Below, in pieces: positions 1 to 9,026 of a DNA stretch of 32,000 nt. The notes beneath the pieces are model-generated. The model saw only the letters and a list, made by a program, of their open reading frames with translations, was not told where the DNA came from and did not search any database. The translations under genes and the position numbers were made by a program. The stretch comes from Nitrosopumilaceae archaeon (GTDB lineage: Archaea; Thermoproteota; Nitrososphaeria; Nitrososphaerales; Nitrosopumilaceae): the NCBI GenBank assembly GCA_035631875.1, contig DASQHX010000009.1, forward strand, positions 269,281-301,280, read 5' to 3'. How positions within the stretch are numbered: position 1 is the first letter of the stretch; each line of letters starts with the position of its first letter.

Positions 1-190
1 TCATACCTGAAGCTATGAATGCTGGATAGTCTAGAGATTTGTTTCCAAATGGAACAGAATGAATCAAAGCTGTATAAGCAAAACCAGCTACAAAGATGTA
101 GATCAGGGGGAAAACAATCTGCCAGATCAAAAAACCCTTGTTTAGAGAAATAGTGAGATTTCTGTTTACTAATCTAATTACTGGATGCAT
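1..190 (-). CDS. ABC-2 type transporter permease, N-terminal fragment (gene continues beyond window start)
   Basis: Hand translation of the minus strand from ATG (190-188) gives MHPVIRLVNRNLTISLNKGFLIWQIVFPLIYIFVAGFAYTALIHSVPFGNKSLDYPAFIASGM, open to position 1. It has a hydrophobic TM segment. The start overlaps the end of the upstream ABC ATPase gene by 17 nt. Not in the ORF track. Confidence 0.6.
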   Translation of the reverse strand, partial: MHPVIRLVNRNLTISLNKGFLIWQIVFPLIYIFVAGFAYTALIHSVPFGNKSLDYPAFIASGM

Positions 191-1115
191 TAGAATTTTT
201 CACCACTGTAAGAAATATTTCTTCAAGAGTTGTAGGCATTACAGACAAATCCTCTATGGAAATATTGTTTGCCGTTAAGATTTGTAGAATTTTTAGTAAA
301 ACTTCCTCAGAATCATTTGATCGAATTGTTATGTTTGTTCCAGAATTGAAATCAATTTCATAGTCTTTTACATCAATTAAAAGACCTTGTACGTCTTTTT
401 TTGTTTCAGGTATACGTATTTTAATTGTTTTTTCTCTACCAAATTTATTTTTCAGTTCATTAGGGGTATCTACTGCAATTATTTTTCCTTTATTAATAAT
501 AGCAACCTCATCACACAGATATTCAGCTTCATTTAGTATATGAGTTGTAAAAAATATTGTAAGACCTTCTTTGACTTTCTTTTTAATAAAATCAAGCAAT
601 CCACGTCTAGCAGAAGGATCTAATCCTACTGTGGGTTCATCAAGAAACAAAAGTTCCATGTCATGCATAAACTCGCGCGCAACTTGGACTCTTCTTCTTT
701 GACCAATTGAAAGATCATCGTTTTTCATCTTCCTTATTTCTTGTAGATCAAAAGCAGAAAGAAGTTCCTCTACTTTATCTTTTCTTGTCTTCCTCTCAAC
801 ATTCCACATCATGCCGTATTTTTCCAGTGATTTTTCTACACTTAGTGTTGGTTCATAGCTTGGTTGTTGTAAAACAACACCTATCTTTTTTCGTATATCA
901 AGAGGCCGCTTGATAGCATCCATGCCAAGAATGTTAATAGCCCCACTTGTTGGTGCGATCAGAGTTGTAAGTAGTTTGATTGTAGTGGTTTTTCCAGCAC
1001 CGTTTGGTCCCAAAAAGCCAAAAATCTTACCAGAATTCACAGAAAGATCGATTCCATCTACTGCCATGATTGACCCATATGATTTAGAAAGTGAATTTGC
1101 CACAATACAGGACAT
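174..1115 (-). CDS. ABC transporter ATP-binding protein (ABC-2/multidrug-type exporter ATPase)
   Basis: Walker A GPNGAGKTT, ABC signature LSIGQRRRV, Walker B LLFLDEPTVGLD, H-loop FFTTH. ATG start. Confidence 0.9.
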   Translation of the reverse strand: MSCIVANSLSKSYGSIMAVDGIDLSVNSGKIFGFLGPNGAGKTTTIKLLTTLIAPTSGAINILGMDAIKRPLDIRKKIGVVLQQPSYEPTLSVEKSLEKYGMMWNVERKTRKDKVEELLSAFDLQEIRKMKNDDLSIGQRRRVQVAREFMHDMELLFLDEPTVGLDPSARRGLLDFIKKKVKEGLTIFFTTHILNEAEYLCDEVAIINKGKIIAVDTPNELKNKFGREKTIKIRIPETKKDVQGLLIDVKDYEIDFNSGTNITIRSNDSEEVLLKILQILTANNISIEDLSVMPTTLEEIFLTVVKNSNASSN

Positions 1116-1190
1116 TAAAGATTATTTTATTCCCCCACTAATTTATCTAATGAAATTTTTATTAATACACACTTTCTAACACACAGTAAC

Positions 1191-2588
1191 TTGTCAGAAT
1201 TTGAGTCTCTCTTAAACAAACTTCTAGAACAAAAGCCTGATCTTTCTAGATCAGACATACAGGAAATGATTGAAAAAAAGAAAGAAAAGATCGGTGCAGG
1301 ATATCTGACAGATCAAGGAGCTCTTTTTCTCATAGCATCAGATCTTGGAGTATCCTTAAATGAACAATTGAAAGTTGAAATGGGTCTTAAGGATCTATAC
1401 GTGGGAGCAAAAGAAATTACACTTCAAACAAGAGTAATGAATGTTTATCCAGCAAAACAGTTTTCTAGAAAAGACGGTTCTCAATTTCTTCTTAGAACTA
1501 TGACGGTTTATGATGCAGACTCACGTGCAAAAGTCAAATTATGGGATGAAAAAGCAAACTTACCAGGAATAGAAACCCTCAAGCCAGGAGATCTAGTAAA
1601 AATAATCAAAGCTTATGTAAAATCTGACATGACAGGTACTCCCATAATCAATGTAGGTTCAAATTCAAATATTGAGACAGGGGATGTGCAAAATGACATT
1701 CCTTCTCTTGATTCAATTACTGATGATGTTAGTACAATAAAAGAAAATCAGCAAAACTTGGTAGTTTCCGGTATATTAGATGGAAATGTTAGGGTTTCTG
1801 AATTTACAAACTTTAAGGGTCAACCAGGTAAAGCACTCCATTTACGAATAAAAGGAAAGGATGGAACGTTTGCACGTGTTGTATTGTGGAATACTGATGA
1901 AAAATCCCTACCAAAAATGATTACACTTGGTGCAAAGACTAGACTCATTGGAGTTAGAACCAAGATGGGTCAACAAGGACTAGAACTGCACGGTGACGAG
2001 GGCACAGTGATTGAAATTGAAGGTGCAAAAGAAATTCAACCAATAATTATTAGAGTTTTGTCTATGACAAAAAATGATTCTGGAAATATAATGATTTTAG
2101 GATCGGAACAAAATAAGAAAATTTTAAACATTGTAGATTCAGCTGGAGTTTCTAAAGATCTTAAAGTCGGTGATGTAATAGAATGCATGCCAACTAAAGT
2201 ATATGGAAATTCAATAACACTAGAAGGAGATTCTTTTATCAGAAAAATTGATGATAACAAGATGCCAACTATTTCAGAAATTAGAACTAAAATCAGAGAT
2301 CTTAAACCAAGTGATAGTATCTATTGCATAGAATCTATTATTCTAAAAAACCCAGAAAGACGTGAAATTCAGACAAAGACTGGTGAATTGGTAGCTCTTT
2401 CAGAGGTGTTTATTGAAGATGACACTGGACAAATCTGGTTGAAAGGTTGGAGAAATCAGGCTAGATTACTAGACCAGTTTTCCCAAGGCGAGATAATCAC
2501 GGTAACTGGTGTAACTGCAAAAGCAGGTTTAGAAGGCAGAATTGAACTCTTTTTGACACCATTTTCAGGCATTATAAAGAAAAACTAA
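1191..2588 (+). CDS. Replication protein A-like ssDNA-binding protein with several OB-fold repeats
   Basis: The N-terminal helical module (LLEQKPDLSRSDIQEMIEKKKEKIGAGYLTDQGALFLIASDLGV) is followed by repeated OB-like units, each with a ...W(D/N/R)... strand (AKVKLWDEKA, ARVVLWNTDE, QIWLKGWRNQA). TTG start in the track, so the start is uncertain. Confidence 0.7.
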   Translation: MSEFESLLNKLLEQKPDLSRSDIQEMIEKKKEKIGAGYLTDQGALFLIASDLGVSLNEQLKVEMGLKDLYVGAKEITLQTRVMNVYPAKQFSRKDGSQFLLRTMTVYDADSRAKVKLWDEKANLPGIETLKPGDLVKIIKAYVKSDMTGTPIINVGSNSNIETGDVQNDIPSLDSITDDVSTIKENQQNLVVSGILDGNVRVSEFTNFKGQPGKALHLRIKGKDGTFARVVLWNTDEKSLPKMITLGAKTRLIGVRTKMGQQGLELHGDEGTVIEIEGAKEIQPIIIRVLSMTKNDSGNIMILGSEQNKKILNIVDSAGVSKDLKVGDVIECMPTKVYGNSITLEGDSFIRKIDDNKMPTISEIRTKIRDLKPSDSIYCIESIILKNPERREIQTKTGELVALSEVFIEDDTGQIWLKGWRNQARLLDQFSQGEIITVTGVTAKAGLEGRIELFLTPFSGIIKKN

Positions 2589-5344
2589 GAATCCCAAAAA
2601 CCTCTAGTTGTAACATATTGTCTTTCCGCTTCATAGATTTGCTTGTATAGTTGTTCTTCTCCTATCATATTTCGTAGAATGCGAGCACCTGTATCAGCAC
2701 CAATACCATATCCTGAAAGAACAACAAGTGCGGTTCTGCCAAAATTTTCAATGAGTGATGAAATTTTCCATGCACGTACAAACTTGTGATTTTCGTCAGT
2801 GGTGATTTTTTTGCCAGAATGCTTCTTTTGTATTATTTTGGGCAGTTCATAATCAGAAAAGAATGTGGCAGTTATCTGTCTAGATTTACAATAAGGGCAT
2901 GAAAGCAAATCTTTTACTTCCTTTGTTTCCATCACTCGTTCCCATTTTCCACATCTTGCACACACAAGTCTATGCTTGGTTTTCAACAGCCTAGTCTTAA
3001 CAAGATCCAAAATTCCTTTATCAATGTTAGCTGGAGCTGCATAGTATTTTGTAGTATGATCAAGTATTGGTTCTGCAAGTTTAGAAAAGTTTTCAACTTC
3101 AATCCAATGAAGTTTAATCTCTTGTGTTTTTATTTTCTTTAATAATTCTAATGTATTTTCTAAATCATATTTATCATGAAATAGCTCACGCAGTGCTTCT
3201 TTAGCAAGTGGGGTTTTTACATATTTTTCATAAAGGAACCTTGCAGATTTTCTATCATAAACAGAACCACGGCCTACAATACCAAATTTCTTAGCTACAC
3301 ACCAAGTACGCCAATTCACATTATGTGTACCAGCAAGTGATGCTTCTACAATAAAAGATAGATCAAATTCATCTTCCAATACATCCAACAAAGGTTTTTG
3401 CAATATTCTTCCATTTGAGGACATCATAATTCTATATGCGTCAGATCTAGAATCTACCAAATATCCTGACTTGGATGACAACATTGTAGAAAGAAGAGTT
3501 GAAAGAGTAGAGTTAATTTTTGTGCCAAAACATGAATGCATAACTATAGTGTTACGAGCTCTAAGTGATTCTACCACTATGGTTTTTTCATCTGGAATAA
3601 TTCCTAGCTTAAGATTTTCAATTATTTTATTAGATATTATAGATGAGGCCATCTGTGTTTTAGTTCTAAATATACCAACTTTTCGTGCTGTGGTATAGTC
3701 AACTGGTATGCTTTCGCCTTCCCAGTAAGGCACGTTAATTCCTGCTGCACTTATTGGTTCAACATTAATTTTTAGTGAGCTTTCGTCAACATTTAGTATT
3801 CGCCACTGCATTCCTCTAAGGACAAAAATGTTACCAGGATCACCATAATCTCCTACAAATCTTTGATCTAGACTTCCAATAATCTTCTTGCTTGCGGTAT
3901 CAAAGACCTTGAATTTTAAAATGTCAGGTATGGTAGAAAGATTTTCAAAGAAATATCGAAACGCTCTCCCCTTTTTTGTAAAAACCAGTTCTTCTTTATC
4001 AAAAAATAAAATCGAATTAGAATGCAAAATATCAAGTACTGAGAAAAGATCTTCTATTGTTACATTCCTAAAGGAATAGGCTTGCGTAATAATCTTCATT
4101 GCCAAATCCACTGGAACACTTCCAAATTGCATCGTCATACCTACTAAATGATGAGCTAGTACGTCTAGTGCTCTCTCATGGATAACTTGATCTTCTATTG
4201 ACTTTTCTTTTATCCTATCAAGTATTGCGCGTGTCTCAAATTCGTCATCTGGATTGTTTGTTACAATTAATCCCTTTGCAGAAGAATCTCTGTTGTGTTT
4301 GCTTCTTCCTATTCTTTGTATTAATTTGGAAACTTGTCTTGGAGATCCATAATGAATTACTAGTTCAACAGAACCAATATCAAGTCCAAGTTCAAGTGAC
4401 GAAGTACATACTACTATTCCAGGTCTTCCTTGTCTTAGTGATTCCTCTGTTTCTTCTCTAACTTCCTGAGAAAGTGATCCGTGATGTAATTCTATTCTTA
4501 AAGTAGATCTTTCCTTTAAAATAGAAGCGAGATATTCTGATTCTCCACGTGTATTTGTAAAAAGCAAAACTGGTGAATCAGGGTGATTTTTTTCTACATA
4601 TTCAACAATAGAATCTACAACATCTGTTATGGTTCCATCAATGTACTTGACTTCAACATCGTATTTTCTTATCGAATTATCTTGAATTATTTTGCATTTT
4701 CTCTTTGTACCAACAACAAACTTGGCAGATTCGTTAGTATTTCCAATTGTTGCAGAAAGGCCCACTCTGGTTATTGGAAATTTTGAATTAAGCTGGAGTC
4801 TTTCTAGACTAAGAGAAAGTTGAGATCCTCGTTCATTTCCTAAAAGCTCATGCACTTCATCAATTATTACCCACTCTAGCTCTGAAAGAGCATTCAATAA
4901 TTTTTGTTGCGTCAAAAGTATCATCATAGTTTCAGGAGTAGTAATGAGAATATCTGGTGGTGATTCTGTTATTTTTTTTCGAATTGCCTGAGTTGTATCA
5001 CCATGTCGTATTTGTATGGTAAGATTTTCACTTTCAGCGTATTTTATTATTCTTCGAAAAACGTCACGGTTTAGCGCACGAAGTGGGGTAATGTATAATG
5101 CCTTTATTTTTCCAGTTTTTTTTGAATTCGCTAGACGAGCAAAAATTGGAATCACTGAGGATTCTGTCTTACCAGAACCAGTAGGGGCAACTATCAATGA
5201 ATCTATTTTTTGATATACTACTGGAACTGCTTTTTTTTGAATATCAGTTAAATTTTCAAAGCCCAGAGAACGAAACTTGTCTGCAAGAGAAAGATCAGCT
5301 AGTTGGTTCTGGTTCTTGACTCTGTCTTGTTCTAGCTCGCTCAT
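2585..5344 (-). CDS. lhr: Lhr-type large superfamily-2 DNA/RNA helicase (DEVH box) with C-terminal 4-Cys element
   Basis: Q motif LTDIQKKA, Walker A APTGSGKTE, motif II DEVH, SAT, HHGSLS, motif VI QRIGRSKH. Long Lhr-like C-terminal extension with CARCG...CPYC. 919 aa. Confidence 0.85.
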   Translation of the reverse strand: MSELEQDRVKNQNQLADLSLADKFRSLGFENLTDIQKKAVPVVYQKIDSLIVAPTGSGKTESSVIPIFARLANSKKTGKIKALYITPLRALNRDVFRRIIKYAESENLTIQIRHGDTTQAIRKKITESPPDILITTPETMMILLTQQKLLNALSELEWVIIDEVHELLGNERGSQLSLSLERLQLNSKFPITRVGLSATIGNTNESAKFVVGTKRKCKIIQDNSIRKYDVEVKYIDGTITDVVDSIVEYVEKNHPDSPVLLFTNTRGESEYLASILKERSTLRIELHHGSLSQEVREETEESLRQGRPGIVVCTSSLELGLDIGSVELVIHYGSPRQVSKLIQRIGRSKHNRDSSAKGLIVTNNPDDEFETRAILDRIKEKSIEDQVIHERALDVLAHHLVGMTMQFGSVPVDLAMKIITQAYSFRNVTIEDLFSVLDILHSNSILFFDKEELVFTKKGRAFRYFFENLSTIPDILKFKVFDTASKKIIGSLDQRFVGDYGDPGNIFVLRGMQWRILNVDESSLKINVEPISAAGINVPYWEGESIPVDYTTARKVGIFRTKTQMASSIISNKIIENLKLGIIPDEKTIVVESLRARNTIVMHSCFGTKINSTLSTLLSTMLSSKSGYLVDSRSDAYRIMMSSNGRILQKPLLDVLEDEFDLSFIVEASLAGTHNVNWRTWCVAKKFGIVGRGSVYDRKSARFLYEKYVKTPLAKEALRELFHDKYDLENTLELLKKIKTQEIKLHWIEVENFSKLAEPILDHTTKYYAAPANIDKGILDLVKTRLLKTKHRLVCARCGKWERVMETKEVKDLLSCPYCKSRQITATFFSDYELPKIIQKKHSGKKITTDENHKFVRAWKISSLIENFGRTALVVLSGYGIGADTGARILRNMIGEEQLYKQIYEAERQYVTTRGFWDS

Positions 5345-5420
5345 ACACCATAACGCCCACTAATCCAATTCCAAATAGAATTACTGTGATAAGTGGTATA
5401 GAATCAAAAATGCCTGCCAT
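5295..5420 (-). CDS. Possible 41-aa single-TM mini-ORF overlapping the helicase start (speculative)
   Basis: Hand translation gives MAGIFDSIPLITVILFGIGLVGVMVYERARTRQSQEPEPTS. A TATA-like ATATTTAT (complement of 5444-5451) lies about 25 nt upstream of its ATG. It overlaps the lhr start by 50 nt in another frame. No homology evidence. Confidence 0.25.
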   Translation of the reverse strand: MAGIFDSIPLITVILFGIGLVGVMVYERARTRQSQEPEPTS

Positions 5421-5452
5421 GAATGCCTTAGTAATTTACACTGATAAATATC

Positions 5453-6112
5453 TTAAGGTGAATCTTCTAACCCGATCTGTGTAATTATATAATCAGTAAT
5501 TTTCTTGCCATTAAATGATGGAAAAACTTGTGCTGTGTACTTTTGCCCAATTTTTTCTAATTTGATTTTTTGATGTGTGAACATACTTATCGATCTATCC
5601 AAACTTTCTCTTTCTTCATCATCTGATTTTCTAGTTATGTTGGTCACAACTACAGGAATTTGTCTTTTTATAGCAACATGTGCCAATTTGTGCATATATT
5701 CCATAAATGCAATGTGTTTTGCCAACGAGTTTGATTCCTTTGAATATTCAAATGAAAACAGATCGGTTACATTGTCTATTACAACGAGAGTTAAATTCTC
5801 AATTTCTAATATTTTATCTACATAACTTAGTTGTTCAACAGTATTTGTTATTCTTCCAACAATCATTTTATCAAGAAGTTTTTGATCCATTCCTTTTGCT
5901 TTAAGAAATTCAATCAATCTTTCTGGTCTAAAACTACCAGTAGCATCTTGATACAAAATCATTCCATCACATGCTAATGAGTTTACACAAATCTGTAACA
6001 ATAGCTGTGTTTTGCCTGATCCACTTGGACCATATATGTCAGTAATCATCCCACCTCTTATGCCACCCCTTAGGAGTTTGTCTAGATTCTCAATTCCAGT
6101 TGCAATCATCAA
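5453..6112 (-). CDS. RecA-superfamily ATPase, RadA paralog (RadB/aRadC/KaiC-like)
   Basis: Walker A GPSGSGKTQ, Walker B LTLVVIDNV. The 219 aa length suits a core-only RadA paralog. Confidence 0.7.
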   Translation of the reverse strand: MMIATGIENLDKLLRGGIRGGMITDIYGPSGSGKTQLLLQICVNSLACDGMILYQDATGSFRPERLIEFLKAKGMDQKLLDKMIVGRITNTVEQLSYVDKILEIENLTLVVIDNVTDLFSFEYSKESNSLAKHIAFMEYMHKLAHVAIKRQIPVVVTNITRKSDDEERESLDRSISMFTHQKIKLEKIGQKYTAQVFPSFNGKKITDYIITQIGLEDSP

Positions 6113-6162
6113 ATCTCTAATCTACAGAACACCATAAATTAAAGAATGTCAAACACTATTGA

Positions 6163-6190
6163 AGATCGGGAAGGCTTTTATTCCCGATCT
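6163..6190 (+). promoter_or_regulatory. Perfect 10-bp stem / 8-nt loop hairpin just upstream of the Sm-protein coding core
   Basis: AGATCGGGAA (6163-6172) is the exact reverse complement of TTCCCGATCT (6181-6190), with loop GGCTTTTA. It is GC-rich relative to its surroundings. Confidence 0.5.
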
Positions 6191-6218
6191 CAGGCAGTGG
6201 TCAACAAGTGATTTATGT

Positions 6219-6461
6219 TTGTCGCAAGCGCAGCCAAAAAGACCGTTGACAACTTTACAGAAAGGTATTAACAAGAAAGTTACTGTCAGACTGAAAAGCG
6301 AAATAGAATACAAAGGAAAAATGAACAATGTTGATTCATATATGAATTTGATTATGACTGATGCTGAAGAAATAAGCAATGGAAAAGTGATTGCAAATTA
6401 CGGTAGAGTTATTGTAAGAGGAAATAATGTTCTTTTCATCAGATTAGAAAATGAACTTTAA
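6219..6461 (+). CDS. Sm-like (LSm/SmAP) RNA-binding protein
   Basis: Sm1 KKVTVRLKSEIEYKGKMNNVDSYMNLIM and Sm2 GRVIVRGNNVLFI. The track ORF starts at TTG 6159. I prefer in-frame TTG 6219 (MSQAQPKRPL...) because 6163-6190 forms a hairpin and the extra N-terminus is not Sm-like. The start is uncertain. Confidence 0.8.
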   Translation: MSQAQPKRPLTTLQKGINKKVTVRLKSEIEYKGKMNNVDSYMNLIMTDAEEISNGKVIANYGRVIVRGNNVLFIRLENEL

Positions 6462-6479
6462 ATAAATAGGTTTTTGAAA

Positions 6480-7637
6480 ATGGGGCGAAATTACCTCTTT
6501 ACGTCAGAATCAGTAACAGAAGGACATCCAGACAAAGTATGTGATCAAATTTCTGATGCAATTTTAGATGAGTTTCTAAAGCAGGATCCAGAATCAAGAG
6601 TCGCAGTTGAAACCTTGACTACGACTGGAATAGTAGTAGTTGCAGGTGAGGTTACATCTAGAGCAAAATTTGACGTGCAGGATGTGGTAAGAAAAACATT
6701 GCGTGAGATTGGCTATGATGATCCCCAATTTGGTTTTGATGCAGAATCATGTAGTGTCCTAGTTTCATTACATTCACAAAGCCCAGACATATCTCAGGGT
6801 GTTTCGTCAACTGAGAACAAGGAACAAGGTGCAGGAGATCAGGGATTGATGTTCGGATATGCAACAAATGAAACTGAGGAAATGATGCCAATGCCAATTA
6901 TGCTAGCTCATAAACTCACTAAGAAACTTGCAGAGGTTAGAAAAAATAAATCCCTTCCTTGGGTAAGACCAGATGGAAAATCACAAGTGACAGTAGAATA
7001 TGAAGATGGAAAACCAAAAAAACTTGAAACTATAGTAATCGCTACACAACACTCTCCAGAAATAAGTAATGAACAAATAAAAAGAGAGATAATTGAAAAG
7101 GTAATCAAACCAGTTTGTGGAAAATACTGGCATGATAAAATCAAAGTTCATGTTAATCCAACTGGTAGATTTGTTATCGGAGGACCTCCTGGTGATGCAG
7201 GTCTTACTGGAAGAAAAATTATCGTAGATACCTATGGAGGAATGGGAAGACATGGTGGTGGTGCATTTTCTGGAAAGGATCCATCCAAAGTAGACAGATC
7301 AGCATGTTACATGTGCAGATATATTGCAAAGAATATCGTAGCTGCTGGATTAGCTGAAAGATGTGAAGTTCAAGTTGCATATGCAATTGGCGTTGCAGAA
7401 CCTGTATCTCTAATGGTAAGTACATTTGATACAAGTAAGATTCCAGAAGAACAAATTGAAAATCTAGTCAGAAAACACTTTGACATGAGACCTGCTGCAT
7501 TAATATCTCAATTACAACTAAAACGTCCAATTTATAGAAAAACTGCAGCCTATGGTCACTTTGGAAGAAATGAGCCTGAGTTTAATTGGGAAAAAACTGA
7601 CAAAGCCGAGGTACTAAGAAAGGCCGCTGGTCTTTAA
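6480..7637 (+). CDS. metK: S-adenosylmethionine synthetase, bacterial/eukaryotic MetK type
   Basis: [62 protein letters not shown]. The ATG at 6480 is preferred to the track TTG at 6474. Confidence 0.95.
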   Translation: MGRNYLFTSESVTEGHPDKVCDQISDAILDEFLKQDPESRVAVETLTTTGIVVVAGEVTSRAKFDVQDVVRKTLREIGYDDPQFGFDAESCSVLVSLHSQSPDISQGVSSTENKEQGAGDQGLMFGYATNETEEMMPMPIMLAHKLTKKLAEVRKNKSLPWVRPDGKSQVTVEYEDGKPKKLETIVIATQHSPEISNEQIKREIIEKVIKPVCGKYWHDKIKVHVNPTGRFVIGGPPGDAGLTGRKIIVDTYGGMGRHGGGAFSGKDPSKVDRSACYMCRYIAKNIVAAGLAERCEVQVAYAIGVAEPVSLMVSTFDTSKIPEEQIENLVRKHFDMRPAALISQLQLKRPIYRKTAAYGHFGRNEPEFNWEKTDKAEVLRKAAGL

Positions 7638-8492
7638 GACTGCTTTGTGTGTTTTAAATTCAATTCCAAACATACTTTGCAATTTTTTGTGATTTCCAAC
7701 ATAATCTCCAACTAAAATATTCAAATCGTCCACACCAAAATCCATTTTTGGATTATTTAATGCTGTATGATACGCATCCTCTAAATCCATATTCTTTATG
7801 AAAGTTTTTCCTCCTTGAAGAAAATCTCTAACATAGTCATTGAATGTTACTGTCTTTGGTCCCACAAGATCAATAATTTTGTATGAAAACTTTTTTTGTA
7901 TGATTGATTGAAAGATAACTTCTGCAACATCTCCTATGAAAATTGGTTGCAGTCGATATCTACCCGAACCAGGAATCATTATAGTTCCTTTTTTTATTTG
8001 TTTAAAAAGAAAATTAGACAATGGATCATCTTTGCCTATTATGTATGATGCACGAAGAATTGTGTAATCTAAACCTGAATTAATTATTTCTTGTTCTGCT
8101 TGGAATTTAGAAATAAAGTATCCAAAAGTAGCATCTTTACTTACACCTAGTCCGCTAATGTAAATTATTTTTTTAATTTTAGCTTTTTTGCATAGCTTTA
8201 TTGCGTTTTTTGTAAGACCTACATTTACTTTTTGATAATCAGAATCAACTGTTTGTTTTCCTTTGCCAATAAAATGCAAGAGTGCAGCGTATCCGCGCAG
8301 TTTTGAAGTAAGATGGTTTTCAGAAAGATCTTTTGATGAAATAACTTCTCCAAAGTTAATAGAAGATCCTTTGCCTTTACGTACAATTCCAATTACAGAG
8401 ATTCCTTTTTTTGCTAATGCTTTCCCAACATTTTTGCCTACAAAGCCATTAGCACCAGTTATTGCCACTTTTAGCGAATTTTTGCGTATCAT
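7614..8492 (-). CDS. NAD(P)-binding atypical short-chain dehydrogenase / epimerase family protein
   Basis: Rossmann motif [13 protein letters not shown] and a YxxxK motif (YFISK). The ATG at 8492 (M4 of the track ORF) lies about 27 nt from a TATA-like element. The 3' end overlaps metK convergently by 24 nt. Confidence 0.7.
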   Translation of the reverse strand: MIRKNSLKVAITGANGFVGKNVGKALAKKGISVIGIVRKGKGSSINFGEVISSKDLSENHLTSKLRGYAALLHFIGKGKQTVDSDYQKVNVGLTKNAIKLCKKAKIKKIIYISGLGVSKDATFGYFISKFQAEQEIINSGLDYTILRASYIIGKDDPLSNFLFKQIKKGTIMIPGSGRYRLQPIFIGDVAEVIFQSIIQKKFSYKIIDLVGPKTVTFNDYVRDFLQGGKTFIKNMDLEDAYHTALNNPKMDFGVDDLNILVGDYVGNHKKLQSMFGIEFKTHKAVLKTSGLS

Positions 8493-8512
8493 GACTTGCA
8501 AATGTATCCGAC

Positions 8513-8526
8513 AAATTAATTTTAAA
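8513..8526. promoter_or_regulatory. AT-rich TATA-like element shared by divergent genes (SDR and J-domain gene)
   Basis: AAATTAATTTTAAA is centred about 27 nt from ATG 8492 (minus strand) and about 28 nt from TTG 8548 (plus strand). The spacing fits leaderless archaeal promoters. Confidence 0.35.
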
Positions 8527-8547
8527 GGTATGCTAAAGATAGATTAA

Positions 8548-8988
8548 TTGAACACTACTGATTGTTACCAAATTTTAGGAGTTCAAAAAGGTGCATCTCA
8601 AAAAGAGATAAAAAGTGCCTACAGAAGACTTTCTCTAAAATATCATCCTGATAGGAATATGGGAGAAAAAGATGGCGAAAGATTCAAGCAAATTATAGAA
8701 GCTTATCAAACCCTTAAACTAGAAGAAAAAAAGAAAGATCGAAAATCAGAAGTGGACATAGCACATACATATACTGAATTTTGGAAACAATATGATAAAA
8801 AAGTAAACGAGGAACAGTTTGACAGAGTAAATTTTGCTGGATTTCAGAATCCATTTGGTGTAAACGTACCAGAAAACTATAGTCATAACCAAGAAAAAGA
8901 ACCTTCACAAATTTCTACACATGTCATTTTGTATGTAGGTCTTGGTCTTGTAGCAGTGTGGATAATTCTCTCAGAGATTTTAAAGTAA
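8548..8988 (+). CDS. J-domain (DnaJ-like) protein with C-terminal transmembrane anchor
   Basis: J-domain DCYQILGV...[14 protein letters not shown] (HPD motif). C-terminal TM segment [21 protein letters not shown]. It has no DnaJ Zn-finger or G/F region. Confidence 0.8.
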   Translation: MNTTDCYQILGVQKGASQKEIKSAYRRLSLKYHPDRNMGEKDGERFKQIIEAYQTLKLEEKKKDRKSEVDIAHTYTEFWKQYDKKVNEEQFDRVNFAGFQNPFGVNVPENYSHNQEKEPSQISTHVILYVGLGLVAVWIILSEILK

Positions 8989-9026
8989 TTTGATAAAGAT
9001 TAATACATAAAAAATTAATTTCCTTT

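Noticed and set aside
707-1179. Two plus-strand track ORFs (707-913, 910-1179)
   Set aside because: They lie entirely antisense to the well-supported ABC ATPase gene. Their translations are low-complexity (Ser/Leu/Val/Phe-rich) with no motifs. This is the typical shadow-ORF pattern in AT-rich DNA.
6149-6379. 76-aa minus-strand ORF opposite the Sm gene
   Set aside because: The plus-strand frame encodes canonical Sm1/Sm2 motifs, so the antisense frame is a shadow ORF.
8989-9026. Cobalamin riboswitch upstream of cbiD
   Set aside because: The spacer is only 38 nt and AT-rich, far too short for a B12 element. Such riboswitches are also not expected in archaea.
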